Assembly: GCF_947496995.1 (NCBI RefSeq)
Contig: NZ_CANMFD010000001.1
Coordinates: 242,692 to 306,691 of the forward strand
DNA from: an uncultured Roseibium sp.
GTDB taxonomy: Bacteria; Pseudomonadota; Alphaproteobacteria; Rhizobiales; Stappiaceae
Length of the DNA stretch: 64,000 bases
Reading direction: 5' to 3'
Made by a program: the position numbers and the translations under genes. Below the pieces are notes generated by a model. That model was given only the letters and a program-made list of their open reading frames with translations, did no database searches and was not told the DNA's origin. Shown piece by piece: positions 9,765 through 19,295 of the stretch; position 1 is the stretch's first letter; each line of letters starts with the position of its first letter.

Positions 9765-10529
9765 CTACCAGATCTTCCAGGGCGCTGTTCCGGACTGCCA
9801 TAGATTTTCAAGCTGGTTCTTGTCGCGCAGCGTGTCCATGGCGGCCCAATAGCCTTCATGCCGGAAAACGCCCAGTTGACCGTCCTTCGCAAGACCTTCC
9901 AGAGGGCCCGCTTCCCAGGGAATATCGTCGCCGACGATACGCGAGAGGACGGAAGGCTCGCAAACGAAATAGCCACCATTGATCCACTGGCCGTCGCCAA
10001 GGGGCTTTTCAAGGAAGTTGACCACACGGCCATCCGATATTTCCAGAGATCCGTAGCGTCCCGGCGGCTGAATGGCGGTCACGGTCGCTTCAAGGCCGCT
10101 GGTCTTGTGTTGCGCGACCAGCCGGTCGACCCGGATGTCGGCGACGCCGTCCCCGTAGGTGAGGCAGAACGTGTCATCGATATAATCCGCCACCCGCTTG
10201 ATGCGCCCGCCCGTCATCGTGCTTTCGCCGGTATCGACCAGCGTGACCTTCCAGGGTTCCGCCTGACGGCGATGCACTTCCATGCGGTTCTCGTCCATGT
10301 GGAAGGTGACGTCCGACATATGCAGGAAATAGTTGGCGAAATACTCCTTGATCACATAGCCTTTGTAGCCGCAGCAGATGACGAATTCGGTGATCCCGTT
10401 GGCCGCGTAGATCTTCATGATGTGCCAGAGAATGGGCCGTCCGCCGATCTCGATCATGGGTTTGGGTTTGAGATGCGATTCCTCGCTGATGCGGGTTCCC
10501 AATCCACCGGCCAGAATAACTGCTTTCAT
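9765..10529 (-). CDS. rfbF: glucose-1-phosphate cytidylyltransferase
   Basis: [41 protein letters not shown] matches RfbF/DdhA closely as I recognise it. Confidence 0.9.
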   Translation of the reverse strand: MKAVILAGGLGTRISEESHLKPKPMIEIGGRPILWHIMKIYAANGITEFVICCGYKGYVIKEYFANYFLHMSDVTFHMDENRMEVHRRQAEPWKVTLVDTGESTMTGGRIKRVADYIDDTFCLTYGDGVADIRVDRLVAQHKTSGLEATVTAIQPPGRYGSLEISDGRVVNFLEKPLGDGQWINGGYFVCEPSVLSRIVGDDIPWEAGPLEGLAKDGQLGVFRHEGYWAAMDTLRDKNQLENLWQSGTAPWKIW

Positions 10530-10626
10530 TTTTATACACCGTCAAAGGACTGAAACAAGCACGCCGGCCCGGTTATTGTTTGCGACGTATCTATCAAGGT
10601 AGGTACCGGCTGCAAACAGGTTTGGC

Positions 10627-11505
10627 TCACTTTCTGAGTCTCATGGCTTTCAGAAAATGATCTTCCAGATCGTAGCGGGTCTTTATCCTCGAGTCGCGCC
10701 AGAGCCTCCGGAACAGTTTTATCCGGGTGCGCAGCGAAACGTCCGGCAGCTTGTGGACGACCTTGTAGCAGCCAATCGTGTAGTTCAGCCGCTGCTGCAG
10801 TTTGCCAAGGAAGGTTTTCGCGCCGTATTTTTCGAACGATCCCGAGCCCTCGACAAAGATGAACTCGGCATCCTCGGCCCAGACAGCCAGATCGCGCATC
10901 ACGAATTCCGCAACCACATAGGATGCGACGCACCAGGCATGCGGATATTCGCTCCAGCGCCGGATGAGTATATCCGCGCCGCCCTCGGCACGGCAGAGCC
11001 CGTAGCACCATTCCGAAGGATAGGCGAGGCTGCGCGGCACAACGCCTCCAGCGAGTGACTCGGTATATCCGAAAATGATCGGGTCGGGCCGCAAAACGCG
11101 TTCGACGTCGCCATTGACCCTTCTGACGGTCGGAGCGGCGAGCAGCTTGTCCGGATTGTCATCCAGCGCTTTCACCAGCTCGGACAGGAAGTTCGCGCTC
11201 GACAGGTCATCGCAGGCGCGCAGGCAGAAATAATCCGCGTGCTCCTTGCCGTATTTCATGCAGAAAATGAAATTCTTCACCGCGGAAAGATGCTCGTCCT
11301 GCGTCAGCACCTCGAAGCGGGGATCCTTTTCGCAATAGGCCCGCGCAATCTCCGCGGTTCCGTCCGTCGACTTGTTATCGACGATGATTGCCCGGAAGTC
11401 CGTGAAGTCCTGATTGGCGATGCAATCGAGGCTTTCCCGCATGGTTTTTTCGCCGTTGTAGATGGGAAACAGGACTAGGACTTTGGGTTTGCTCAACGGT
11501 TCCAT
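10627..11505 (-). CDS. family 2 glycosyltransferase
   Basis: VLVLFPIYNGEKTMRESLDCIANQDFTDFRAIIVDNKSTDGT is a classic GT2 N-terminus. Confidence 0.85.
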   Translation of the reverse strand: MEPLSKPKVLVLFPIYNGEKTMRESLDCIANQDFTDFRAIIVDNKSTDGTAEIARAYCEKDPRFEVLTQDEHLSAVKNFIFCMKYGKEHADYFCLRACDDLSSANFLSELVKALDDNPDKLLAAPTVRRVNGDVERVLRPDPIIFGYTESLAGGVVPRSLAYPSEWCYGLCRAEGGADILIRRWSEYPHAWCVASYVVAEFVMRDLAVWAEDAEFIFVEGSGSFEKYGAKTFLGKLQQRLNYTIGCYKVVHKLPDVSLRTRIKLFRRLWRDSRIKTRYDLEDHFLKAMRLRK

Positions 11506-11771
11506 CCGTAATTCGTCGTCTGGCGATACAGCCGCAGCGATCCCGATTCAGGAAAAGCGTGCTGTTAATTAGACTCGCTGACTTGTGCGGTCAACGAAAC
11601 GCGAAATAGCGCGGCCGAGCTGACCCGGCTTCCCGTTTGAAAATTGGACAGGCTCTGCGCTTTCCGATAAGGCACCACCGGGTCGGTCGCCGCGATGAGA
11701 TACTCGAGTTAAAGTGTTCCGGATTTGCAGTCGCGTTCCGGGAGGCGGGGCCAGATGGTAGCACGGAAAGC

Positions 11772-12512
11772 ATGGACGAATATCAGCTCAGGAATTTTCT
11801 CAAGTTCGCACCCGCGCGGCTAGGGCTGACGCCCAGGAAACACCTCTTCATCCATATTCCCAAAAATGGCGGGATGGCCATTCGCGAAGCTCCCCAGCTC
11901 CAGGGAAAACTGGTGCTCGCCAACCGCAGGCGCCTCAAAAGCAAGGCCTATGCGGATGGGCTCAAAAGCCACATGGAGCAAAAAGGCACTAACCCCGGAT
12001 ATGAACACGCCAGGTTGAGGGATGTTGACCTTTCGGTCCGCAAGGCCACAAAACCTTTCGCGATCGTGCGTAATCCATGGTCTCGCACGGTCTCAAGGTT
12101 CAAGTTTGCGCTGCAGACGCGGAAATATTCCGGTTTGGCGCCGGACTTTTCGAAAGAGGAATTCGAAAAATTTCTGGAAGAGCGTCACCAATGGGGCGCT
12201 GAGCCGTATTTCTGGCACCGTGCGGTCGGAGGTTGGTATCCGCAGGAGGACTATGTGCTGGACGAGCACAATGAAGTTGCCGTTGATGTCCTGCGCCAGG
12301 AGCGGCTCGGCGTAGAACTGAAAGACTATTTGAACTTCGAAAGTGAGCTGGAAAGACGCAATATCAGCAAGGCCTCCCGCGCGGACTACCGGGACATCTA
12401 TAGCCCCCGGACGATTCGCATCGTCGCCGACTGGTACGCAGCGGATATCGAGCGCTTCGGTTTCGATTTCGACACACCGGCGTCGAAGAACACGTATTTT
12501 TCGGACAATTGA
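11772..12512 (+). CDS. sulfotransferase (Sulfotransfer_2-like)
   Basis: LFIHIPKNGG is a 5'-PSB-like loop and AIVRNPWSRTVSRF a 3'-PB-like motif. Start taken at MDEYQL (ATG 11772). The upstream ORF extension looks non-coding. Confidence 0.65.
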   Translation: MDEYQLRNFLKFAPARLGLTPRKHLFIHIPKNGGMAIREAPQLQGKLVLANRRRLKSKAYADGLKSHMEQKGTNPGYEHARLRDVDLSVRKATKPFAIVRNPWSRTVSRFKFALQTRKYSGLAPDFSKEEFEKFLEERHQWGAEPYFWHRAVGGWYPQEDYVLDEHNEVAVDVLRQERLGVELKDYLNFESELERRNISKASRADYRDIYSPRTIRIVADWYAADIERFGFDFDTPASKNTYFSDN

Positions 12513-12544
12513 AACCAGGTGAAGGCAGAACGTTGGTGAACCAG

Positions 12545-13681
12545 ATGAGCGAGCGGTTGAGGGATGCGTTCGGCACGCCGATCGCTGACAGTTTGAAGCT
12601 GCCCGCGGATGGAGTGATCGCGGTGATCCTCGCTTATAACGAGGCGCTCCGGTTTCCGTATTTCCTGGAGCACTACCGGGCGTTGGGCGTTCGTCATTTC
12701 ATCGTCATTGACAACAATTCAACGGACGGAACGGACGCCTTGCTGGCGAACCAGTCCGACGTCAGCGTCATCCCGACGAAAAAGCCCTACAAGGACCACA
12801 AGTCCGAATGGCGGCAATTGCTTTGCGACCGGTACCTTGAGGATCGCTGGGTTCTCTTTCCCGATGTGGACGAGCTTTTCGTCTATCCGGGATGGCCGGA
12901 TCTTCCGGTCGGAAGTCTCGCGGCCTATCTGGACGAAGGCGGGTTCAGGGCGCTCTTCTGTCCGATGGTGGACATGTATCCGCAAGGCCCGCTGAAGGAG
13001 CTTTCCTACCGGGCGGGCGAGAGTTTCCTTAAAACATGCCCTTGGTTCGATGCCGAGGGTTACCGCTACAATCCGCTGAAGGGCAGTCACGCCAAGCGCT
13101 ACAGGACGCCTGAAAGGCACGTCTTCGGCGGCACGCGCGAGCGGTTGTTCCACCAGGCCGCCAAACGGCCGAAGACCCTTCTCGATAAGCTGCTGCTGTC
13201 GACACTCTTCTCGCTTCGCGCCACCGCGCCTCAAGGTGGGGTTGGCAGGAAGCTCGATCATCTGCTGTTCAAGCCGGTCAAGAACGCTCTCCCAAGCCCG
13301 GCGGCCGTGCAGAGCAAGATCCCTCTGCTCAAATGGGAGAAAGGTTACAGGTTTTCCGGTGGTGTCCACGGCATCGACAGGCAGATCGCGGTTGCCCCCG
13401 ATTGGGGCGCCCTGTTGCACTTCAAATATCTCGACGACTTCGAAAGCAAAGTTTCCGAAGCCCTTGAGCGCAAGCAGCACACCGACAATGCGGGGCATTA
13501 TGTCGATTACAATGCCCAGATGAGCAGATTGCTCAATGAAGGGCTGCATTATTCCGGCAGTGCCTTGTTTTCCGGTACTCAATCGCTTATCGACTGTGGC
13601 CTGATGCGGGAGAGCAGTGGCTTCCGGCGCTGGATGGCGGAAAATTCGAGCGGTGCCGATCAGGACAGCTCAAAGCCGTAG
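12545..13681 (+). CDS. glycosyltransferase (GT2-like, Glyco_tranf_2_4 type)
   Basis: VIAVILAYNEALRFPYFLEHYRALGVRHFIVIDNNSTDGT … FPDVDELF. An alternative TTG start at 12509 would overlap the sulfotransferase stop (TTGA). Confidence 0.7.
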   Translation: MSERLRDAFGTPIADSLKLPADGVIAVILAYNEALRFPYFLEHYRALGVRHFIVIDNNSTDGTDALLANQSDVSVIPTKKPYKDHKSEWRQLLCDRYLEDRWVLFPDVDELFVYPGWPDLPVGSLAAYLDEGGFRALFCPMVDMYPQGPLKELSYRAGESFLKTCPWFDAEGYRYNPLKGSHAKRYRTPERHVFGGTRERLFHQAAKRPKTLLDKLLLSTLFSLRATAPQGGVGRKLDHLLFKPVKNALPSPAAVQSKIPLLKWEKGYRFSGGVHGIDRQIAVAPDWGALLHFKYLDDFESKVSEALERKQHTDNAGHYVDYNAQMSRLLNEGLHYSGSALFSGTQSLIDCGLMRESSGFRRWMAENSSGADQDSSKP

Positions 13682-13799
13682 CAAGTGTGACTGTTCAGGT
13701 TTCATCTCAACCTCTGCATTGAAATTCAATCAGATAACGGTCGTAGCGCCGCGACGGGCCCGATGCCCGGATGCTCCGAGTCGGTTTCTGAAACAGGGA

Positions 13800-14507
13800 A
13801 TGACCCATATGCTCGGACATTTCGGACGCCGGCTCGCCTACAAGGTCAGGCGGAAACTCGCGCCGAAAACAATCAAGCTTAACGGCATCACGCTCACCGC
13901 AGACCTGCAGGACGTTCCCAAGGGTATCCGCAAGCAGCTCTACCAGAAGAACTACGAGAGTCAGGAATTTCTTCTGGTGCGCGAGGCCCTGATGCCGGCG
14001 GACCGGGTTCTGGAAGTCGGGGCGGGGATCGGCTTTATCGGCATTGCCTGTGCCCGCATATGCGGGCAGGACAACATCCTGTCCTATGAACCCAACCCGG
14101 CCATGAAGCCCGTCATCGAAAAGAACTATGCTCTCAACGGCATGCGGCCGAATTTGCGCAGCAAGGTTCTGGCGACAGCGCCGGGCGAAGTCGAGTTCTT
14201 TTTTGACGAAGAGGTGCTGTCGTCCTCGCTGATCGACCGCAAGCATGGCTGTGCCACACGCGTGGCCGCCGACGCGATTTCCGAAGTGATTGAAAACTAC
14301 AAGCCTTCGGCTCTTGTCATGGATGTGGAAGGCGCGGAGATCGATCTGCTCAGAAGCTGCAATCTGCGCAAGATAAACAAGATCATCATCGAGATGCATC
14401 CGCACGTCGTCGGCGCGGACAAGATCGAGGACCTTTGCGGGTTCCTGGATGAGAGTGGTTTTTCGATCGTAAGGCGCATCGGCAAGAGCTATTATTTCTC
14501 AAGGTGA
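13800..14507 (+). CDS. FkbM-family methyltransferase
   Basis: VLEVGAGIGFIG (SAM motif I) and VMDVEGAEIDLL, characteristic of the FkbM family. Start at MTHMLG. Confidence 0.75.
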   Translation: MTHMLGHFGRRLAYKVRRKLAPKTIKLNGITLTADLQDVPKGIRKQLYQKNYESQEFLLVREALMPADRVLEVGAGIGFIGIACARICGQDNILSYEPNPAMKPVIEKNYALNGMRPNLRSKVLATAPGEVEFFFDEEVLSSSLIDRKHGCATRVAADAISEVIENYKPSALVMDVEGAEIDLLRSCNLRKINKIIIEMHPHVVGADKIEDLCGFLDESGFSIVRRIGKSYYFSR

Positions 14508-14548
14508 TGGACTGAGTCCCTACCCTGGACCGATCGATCCTGAAGCCG

Positions 14549-15613
14549 TTAGCGCGAAACGCCCTGCCTGAATAGTTTCAGGTACGAATCCGCGATGGCG
14601 TCTTCGGAATAATTGCCTTGGAGAAACGCGCGCGCGTTGGCCGCAAGGTCCTTTCCAAGGTTTTCCGTCTCCAGAATCCTGAGAACGGAAGCGGCCAGTC
14701 CATCGGCATTGCCGCAGGGTGACAGCAGTCCTGTGTTTCCGTCTTCAATCAGCCAGCTCGGGCCGGGGGAGGCCGTTGCGACAACGGGCAGGCCCGCGTT
14801 CCAGCCTTCCAGGACGACGTTACCGAGCGGCTCCGCGTCGGTCGGGCACAGCAGAATGTCGGCGGCCTTCAGGAAGGGCGCGGGGTCGCGCTGCCAGCCC
14901 AGGAAATGAACGCGTTTTTCGATACCTCTGGTTTTTGCCAGCGCTTTCATGTCGTCCATAAGGTCGCCGTCACCGATCAGCCAGGCATGCACATGCTCCG
15001 GCAGGCGCGCCACTGCCTGGATGGCCAGGTCGAAGCGTTTGCGCTCGACAAAGCGACCCAGGTGGATCAGCACGGTGGCATCTTCCGGGGTGTTGTAATC
15101 CGCGCGTTTGACCGGTTTGAGATCTTCCGGCAGCGGATCGACGAAATTGCTGATCATATGCGCCCTGTCCGCGGGCCAGCCCATCTCGACCGCCTGCCGG
15201 ATAATCTCCGGCGTGTTGCCAATCAGGTCCTCGACATTGCCGTAGGTGTGAAAGCCGTCCGGCCAGTCGCCGAGACGCAGGAAGGTACGCATCGACGGGC
15301 CAGGTTTCGGCATCCATTTGCTTGCCGGGCTCATCCAACCCAGCGTGGTGGTGGCGCCGAAGGCGCGGATCTGCCGGGAAATGCTCCAGCGGACGAAATG
15401 GCGCTTCAGATGGGAACGGCTGAACCTGATCTCCCGCACGTCGCAATGCCGGGCCAGTTCGTCCCGCCAGGGCCGGTCCTTGCGGATGAAGGCAACCTGT
15501 TCGACGCCCCGGCGCGCAAGGGCACCCGCAAGGCGTACGAAAAAACGCTCCGCGCCTCCGTCGACACCCAGATGAATATGAGCGAGTTTTCCCGGCTTGC
15601 CGTCAGTGGCCAT
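14549..15613 (-). CDS. GT-B glycosyltransferase (family 4 / group 1)
   Basis: C-terminal GDG..…FLGW…AADILLCPTDAEPLGNVVLEGWNAGLPVVAT…GNTGLL carries the E-x7-E signature region. Confidence 0.85.
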   Translation of the reverse strand: MATDGKPGKLAHIHLGVDGGAERFFVRLAGALARRGVEQVAFIRKDRPWRDELARHCDVREIRFSRSHLKRHFVRWSISRQIRAFGATTTLGWMSPASKWMPKPGPSMRTFLRLGDWPDGFHTYGNVEDLIGNTPEIIRQAVEMGWPADRAHMISNFVDPLPEDLKPVKRADYNTPEDATVLIHLGRFVERKRFDLAIQAVARLPEHVHAWLIGDGDLMDDMKALAKTRGIEKRVHFLGWQRDPAPFLKAADILLCPTDAEPLGNVVLEGWNAGLPVVATASPGPSWLIEDGNTGLLSPCGNADGLAASVLRILETENLGKDLAANARAFLQGNYSEDAIADSYLKLFRQGVSR

Positions 15614-16553
15614 CGATCACGTCGTAGTAGTTATGGGCCCGGCCGAAGAGGCCGCGCAGGTTTCCCGATCCCTTCATCAGACGGATCAGGCCGTAATAGA
15701 ACAGCTTTTCGCCCCGTTTGCGGGCAAAGGGTTTGATCACGAACCCGATAACCGTCGCCAGCAGCCCGAAAAACATCCGCCGTGTGCTCTTGGGGATGAA
15801 ATGCAGCGCGGCCTTCAGCCGGCCTTCGCGCAACACCATGTTGAAGGCGCCCGAGGTTGCCGCCATGTGCATGCGGCTCAACAGTCTGCCGGTGGTAACG
15901 CGCGACGCCGGGATATCCTCTTCCACGAAAGCGTCGTCCACCCAGATCATCTTCGCGCCGGCCGCATGGGTGCGGCGGAAAAAGTCGATGTCCTCGCTGC
16001 CGAAGGTCAGGCGCTCGTCGAAACGCAGGCCCAACCCGTTTTTCGAGATGATCCGGGCACTCAACAGGATGTTGTTGGTCGGCGCCTCGGTGATCACCGT
16101 GCCCGTGGGGCGGGATTTCAGGAGCTGGGATTTCCACCAGTGCGGCGCGGGCTTTTCATAGATCCGCCGCACGGGCCCGTTCGCGACCTCGGCTTGGTGC
16201 TGTGTGCAGGCCGTCAGAAGCTTTTCGATCCAGTCCGGTTCGGCGCGCTCGTCGTCGTCGATCAGCGCGACCCAGTCCGGATCGTGTTCCAGCGCTGCTT
16301 CCAGGGCGGTGTTGCGGGCAAAGGGAATGCCCCTGCGGCTTTCATGATGGAAGAATACCGGCAGCGATAGCCGGGCTTTCAGCTCATCGGCGGCCTTGCC
16401 CGTGAAATGCGGCTGCGGATCGTTTTCGACAACGACGATGGACAGCTCGGAATTCTCCGGCTGGATCAGATTGTCGAGGCTTTCAAGGCAGGACTGCAGC
16501 ATTTTCGGCCGCTGCGCCGTGCAAACGGCAATGACCAGTTTCTGGGTCATCAA
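15603..16553 (-). CDS. family 2 glycosyltransferase
   Basis: VIAVCTAQRPKMLQSCLESL…IVVVENDP…LIDDDE (DxD). Overlaps the downstream GT4 gene by 11 nt. Confidence 0.8.
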   Translation of the reverse strand: MMTQKLVIAVCTAQRPKMLQSCLESLDNLIQPENSELSIVVVENDPQPHFTGKAADELKARLSLPVFFHHESRRGIPFARNTALEAALEHDPDWVALIDDDERAEPDWIEKLLTACTQHQAEVANGPVRRIYEKPAPHWWKSQLLKSRPTGTVITEAPTNNILLSARIISKNGLGLRFDERLTFGSEDIDFFRRTHAAGAKMIWVDDAFVEEDIPASRVTTGRLLSRMHMAATSGAFNMVLREGRLKAALHFIPKSTRRMFFGLLATVIGFVIKPFARKRGEKLFYYGLIRLMKGSGNLRGLFGRAHNYYDVIDGH

Positions 16554-16730
16554 GGGGTCTCGGTCTCTTCATTCTGCTGCGGATCGGATCGGGACCGGTT
16601 TGGCGCAAGACCGGCGCGCTGTCAAAGGGTTTCACGGAAAGGGACCTTTCCACGGCATGGCAGCCGCGCTACGGTCCGTGTCTCACCCTTTAAAGGTCTG
16701 CGCAAGCAGCCGTGTTCTGGGAGGAAACAC

Positions 16731-18353
16731 ATGAAGGGAATGATGATGCACCGTCCGCTGAAAATCGCGGACCTGATCACGTTCGCAGCAGAAAAATATC
16801 CCTCGGGCGAAATCGTCTCCGTGCGCACGGAAGGCGATATTCACCGTACGACCTACCGGCAGACAGCCAAGCGCATCGCCCGGCTCGCGCACGGGCTGAA
16901 GGCGCTTGGCGTGAAGGAGGGCGACAGGATCGCAACGCTTGCCTGGAACGGCTACCGGCATTTTGAACTCTACTACGCGATTTCCGGTATTGGCGCGGTC
17001 TGCCATACGATCAACCCCCGCCTGTCGGCGGCGGAGATGACGTATATCGTCAACCACGCGGGGGACAGCCTGCTTTTCTGCGATCTCACCTTCGTTCCAA
17101 TTCTTGAAAAACTGCGTCCGCAGCTGCCGGACAATCTCCGCATCATCATCATGGCCGATCCCGGCCATATGCCGGAGACTTCTCTGCAGGATGTGTCGTG
17201 CTACGAAGATATTCTCGAAGGCCAGCCGGAGGAGATCGACTGGCCGGATCTGCCGGAAGATCAGGCGGCGGGGCTCTGCTACACCTCCGGGACCACCGGC
17301 CATCCCAAGGGCACGCTCTATTCGCATCGTTCAACGGTGCTGCATGCCCTCAGCATGTGCGTGACCATTCCCGATGCACTTCGAGAAGGCAGGCGGATCC
17401 TGCCGGTCGTGCCGCTGTTTCATGTCAACGCCTGGGGCTTGCCTTACGGCGCGCCGCTTTCGGGCGCCAGCCTGATCTTTCCGGGTGGAGCGCTGAACGG
17501 CACAAGCCTGTTCGAGCTGATGGACAGCGAGAAAGTCTATTCCGCCTGGGGCGTGCCGACCGTCTGGATCGGACTGATGGCGGAAATCAACCGGCGCGGC
17601 CGGCTGCCGGAAGGTTTCGGCGACGTCGTCATCGGCGGCTCCGCCGCACCGCGCTCGCTGATCGAGGCCTTCGAGACGAAAGGGGTCAATGTCTGTCATG
17701 CGTGGGGCATGACCGAGATGAGCCCGCTCGGAACCCAGTGCAACCTGTCGCCGGACCTGGCTGGCCTTCCTCTTGAAAAGCGCATCGACCGCAAACAGTC
17801 CCAGGGCCGCCGGATATTCGGCGTCGATATGAAAATCGTAGACGACGCCGGCAACCGTCTCCAGCATGACGGCAAGACACCCGGGCATCTCCATGTGCGC
17901 GGCAACATGGTCACCTCCGGCTACTACGAAAACCCCGAAGCCTCGAAGCCGGCCTTTGACCAAGATGGCTGGTTCTGCACCGGCGATATCGCGTCCATCG
18001 ATCCCGACGGCTTTCTGACCATTACCGACCGGTCCAAGGACCTGATCAAATCGGGTGGGGAATGGATCAGTTCGCTGGCTCTGGAAAACATCGTCATGTC
18101 CCATCCGGGCGTCGCCAATTGCGCTGTGATCGCCGTGTCCGACGCCAAATGGGATGAACGCCCGCTGTTGGTGGTGCAGGCGAAGGACGATGAGGAACCG
18201 CCCAAGGAAGACCTCCTGAATCTGCTGGCGGAGCATGTCGCCAGGTGGCAATTGCCGGATGACGTCGTCTATGTGGATGCGCTGCCGCTGACGGCGACCG
18301 GCAAGGTGTCCAAGCTGACCTTGAGAAAAGAATTTACAGGGACGTCCGCATGA
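16731..18353 (+). CDS. acyl-CoA synthetase (AMP-binding, medium/long-chain type)
   Basis: Start at ATG 16731 behind GGGAGGA. Contains the YTSGTTGHPKG AMP-binding motif, GMTEMSP and GEWISS. The 648 aa ORF in the track carries a spurious N-terminal extension. Confidence 0.88.
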   Translation: MKGMMMHRPLKIADLITFAAEKYPSGEIVSVRTEGDIHRTTYRQTAKRIARLAHGLKALGVKEGDRIATLAWNGYRHFELYYAISGIGAVCHTINPRLSAAEMTYIVNHAGDSLLFCDLTFVPILEKLRPQLPDNLRIIIMADPGHMPETSLQDVSCYEDILEGQPEEIDWPDLPEDQAAGLCYTSGTTGHPKGTLYSHRSTVLHALSMCVTIPDALREGRRILPVVPLFHVNAWGLPYGAPLSGASLIFPGGALNGTSLFELMDSEKVYSAWGVPTVWIGLMAEINRRGRLPEGFGDVVIGGSAAPRSLIEAFETKGVNVCHAWGMTEMSPLGTQCNLSPDLAGLPLEKRIDRKQSQGRRIFGVDMKIVDDAGNRLQHDGKTPGHLHVRGNMVTSGYYENPEASKPAFDQDGWFCTGDIASIDPDGFLTITDRSKDLIKSGGEWISSLALENIVMSHPGVANCAVIAVSDAKWDERPLLVVQAKDDEEPPKEDLLNLLAEHVARWQLPDDVVYVDALPLTATGKVSKLTLRKEFTGTSA

Positions 18354-19186
18354 CGACACAAAGCATGACGCCGGACAATCTGTTCGGCCTTTCGGGCAAG
18401 ACCGCGCTGGTGACCGGCGGAGCGACGGGCATCGGCAGAATGGCTGCCGAGGGCCTTGTGGCCGCGGGCGCCCGGGTCCTGATATGCAGCCGCAAGGAAG
18501 ACGCCTGCAAAACCGCCGCGGATGAATTGAATGCCCTCGGCCATGAGGGAAAAGCGGAAGGCTTCGGCGGCGATGTCGCCAGCGAAGAGGGAATTGCCGC
18601 GCTGGTCGAGGGTGTCGGCGGCCGCTGCGATCGCCTCGATATTCTGATGAACAATGCCGGGACCAGTTGGGGCATGCCGCTCGGCGAATTTCCCTATGCC
18701 GCCTGGGATAGGGTGATGCGTGTCAACGTCACCGGGCTTTTCCAGCTGACCCAGGGACTTTTGCCGCTGCTTGAGCGGGCGGCAAGCGATGACGATCCCG
18801 CACGGGTGGTCAATGTCGGCTCGGTGATGGGCGAAACGCCGCATGGTGACAGGGCTTACAGTTATGCAGCCTCCAAGGCCGCCGTGCACCACCTCACCCG
18901 GATACTCGCCAGCGAACTCGCGCAAAGACGCATCACGGTCAATGCGTTGGCCCCCGGGCCGTTCGTCAGCAAGATGACCGCCTTCGCCACCGCGGACGAG
19001 GAAGTCCGCTCCCGGGTCGGAGCACAGGTGCCGCTCGGCCGTGTCGGGCGGCCGGAGGACATTGCTGCCGCGATGCAGTTTCTCTGTGGACGCGGCGGCG
19101 CCTATGTCACCGGCGCGATCCTGCCGCTTAGCGGCGGGATCAATGTCGAAACCGGGCCGGACCTGTTCCAGGAAGCCTATGAGTGA
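18350..19186 (+). CDS. SDR-family oxidoreductase
   Basis: LVTGGATGIGR, NNAG and the YSYAASKAAV (YxxxK) motif. ATGA overlap with the synthetase gene. Confidence 0.88.
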   Translation: MTTQSMTPDNLFGLSGKTALVTGGATGIGRMAAEGLVAAGARVLICSRKEDACKTAADELNALGHEGKAEGFGGDVASEEGIAALVEGVGGRCDRLDILMNNAGTSWGMPLGEFPYAAWDRVMRVNVTGLFQLTQGLLPLLERAASDDDPARVVNVGSVMGETPHGDRAYSYAASKAAVHHLTRILASELAQRRITVNALAPGPFVSKMTAFATADEEVRSRVGAQVPLGRVGRPEDIAAAMQFLCGRGGAYVTGAILPLSGGINVETGPDLFQEAYE

Positions 19187-19295
19187 GCGCACATGCCGCA
19201 ATCCGGATGCCGTGTCTGTGTGAAAATGCATGCCCGCCGGGATCCGGGGATGCGGCAAAGATTCTTTTTGAAGGGACAAGCACTTGGGAGAAAAC

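Noticed and set aside
16407-16730. N-terminal extensions offered by the ORF track. Examples: 16407 for the CoA ligase, 6345-6488, 6833-6922, 8716-8925, 20426-20533, 40932-41051, 41720-41860, 42244-42870, 43877-43948, 55726-55857 and 53030 for the Cy-A-T gene.
   Set aside because: The extensions are Arg-rich and non-protein-like, or they overlap the upstream gene. Internal ATG starts coincide with family-typical N-termini, SD sequences or ATGA coupling.
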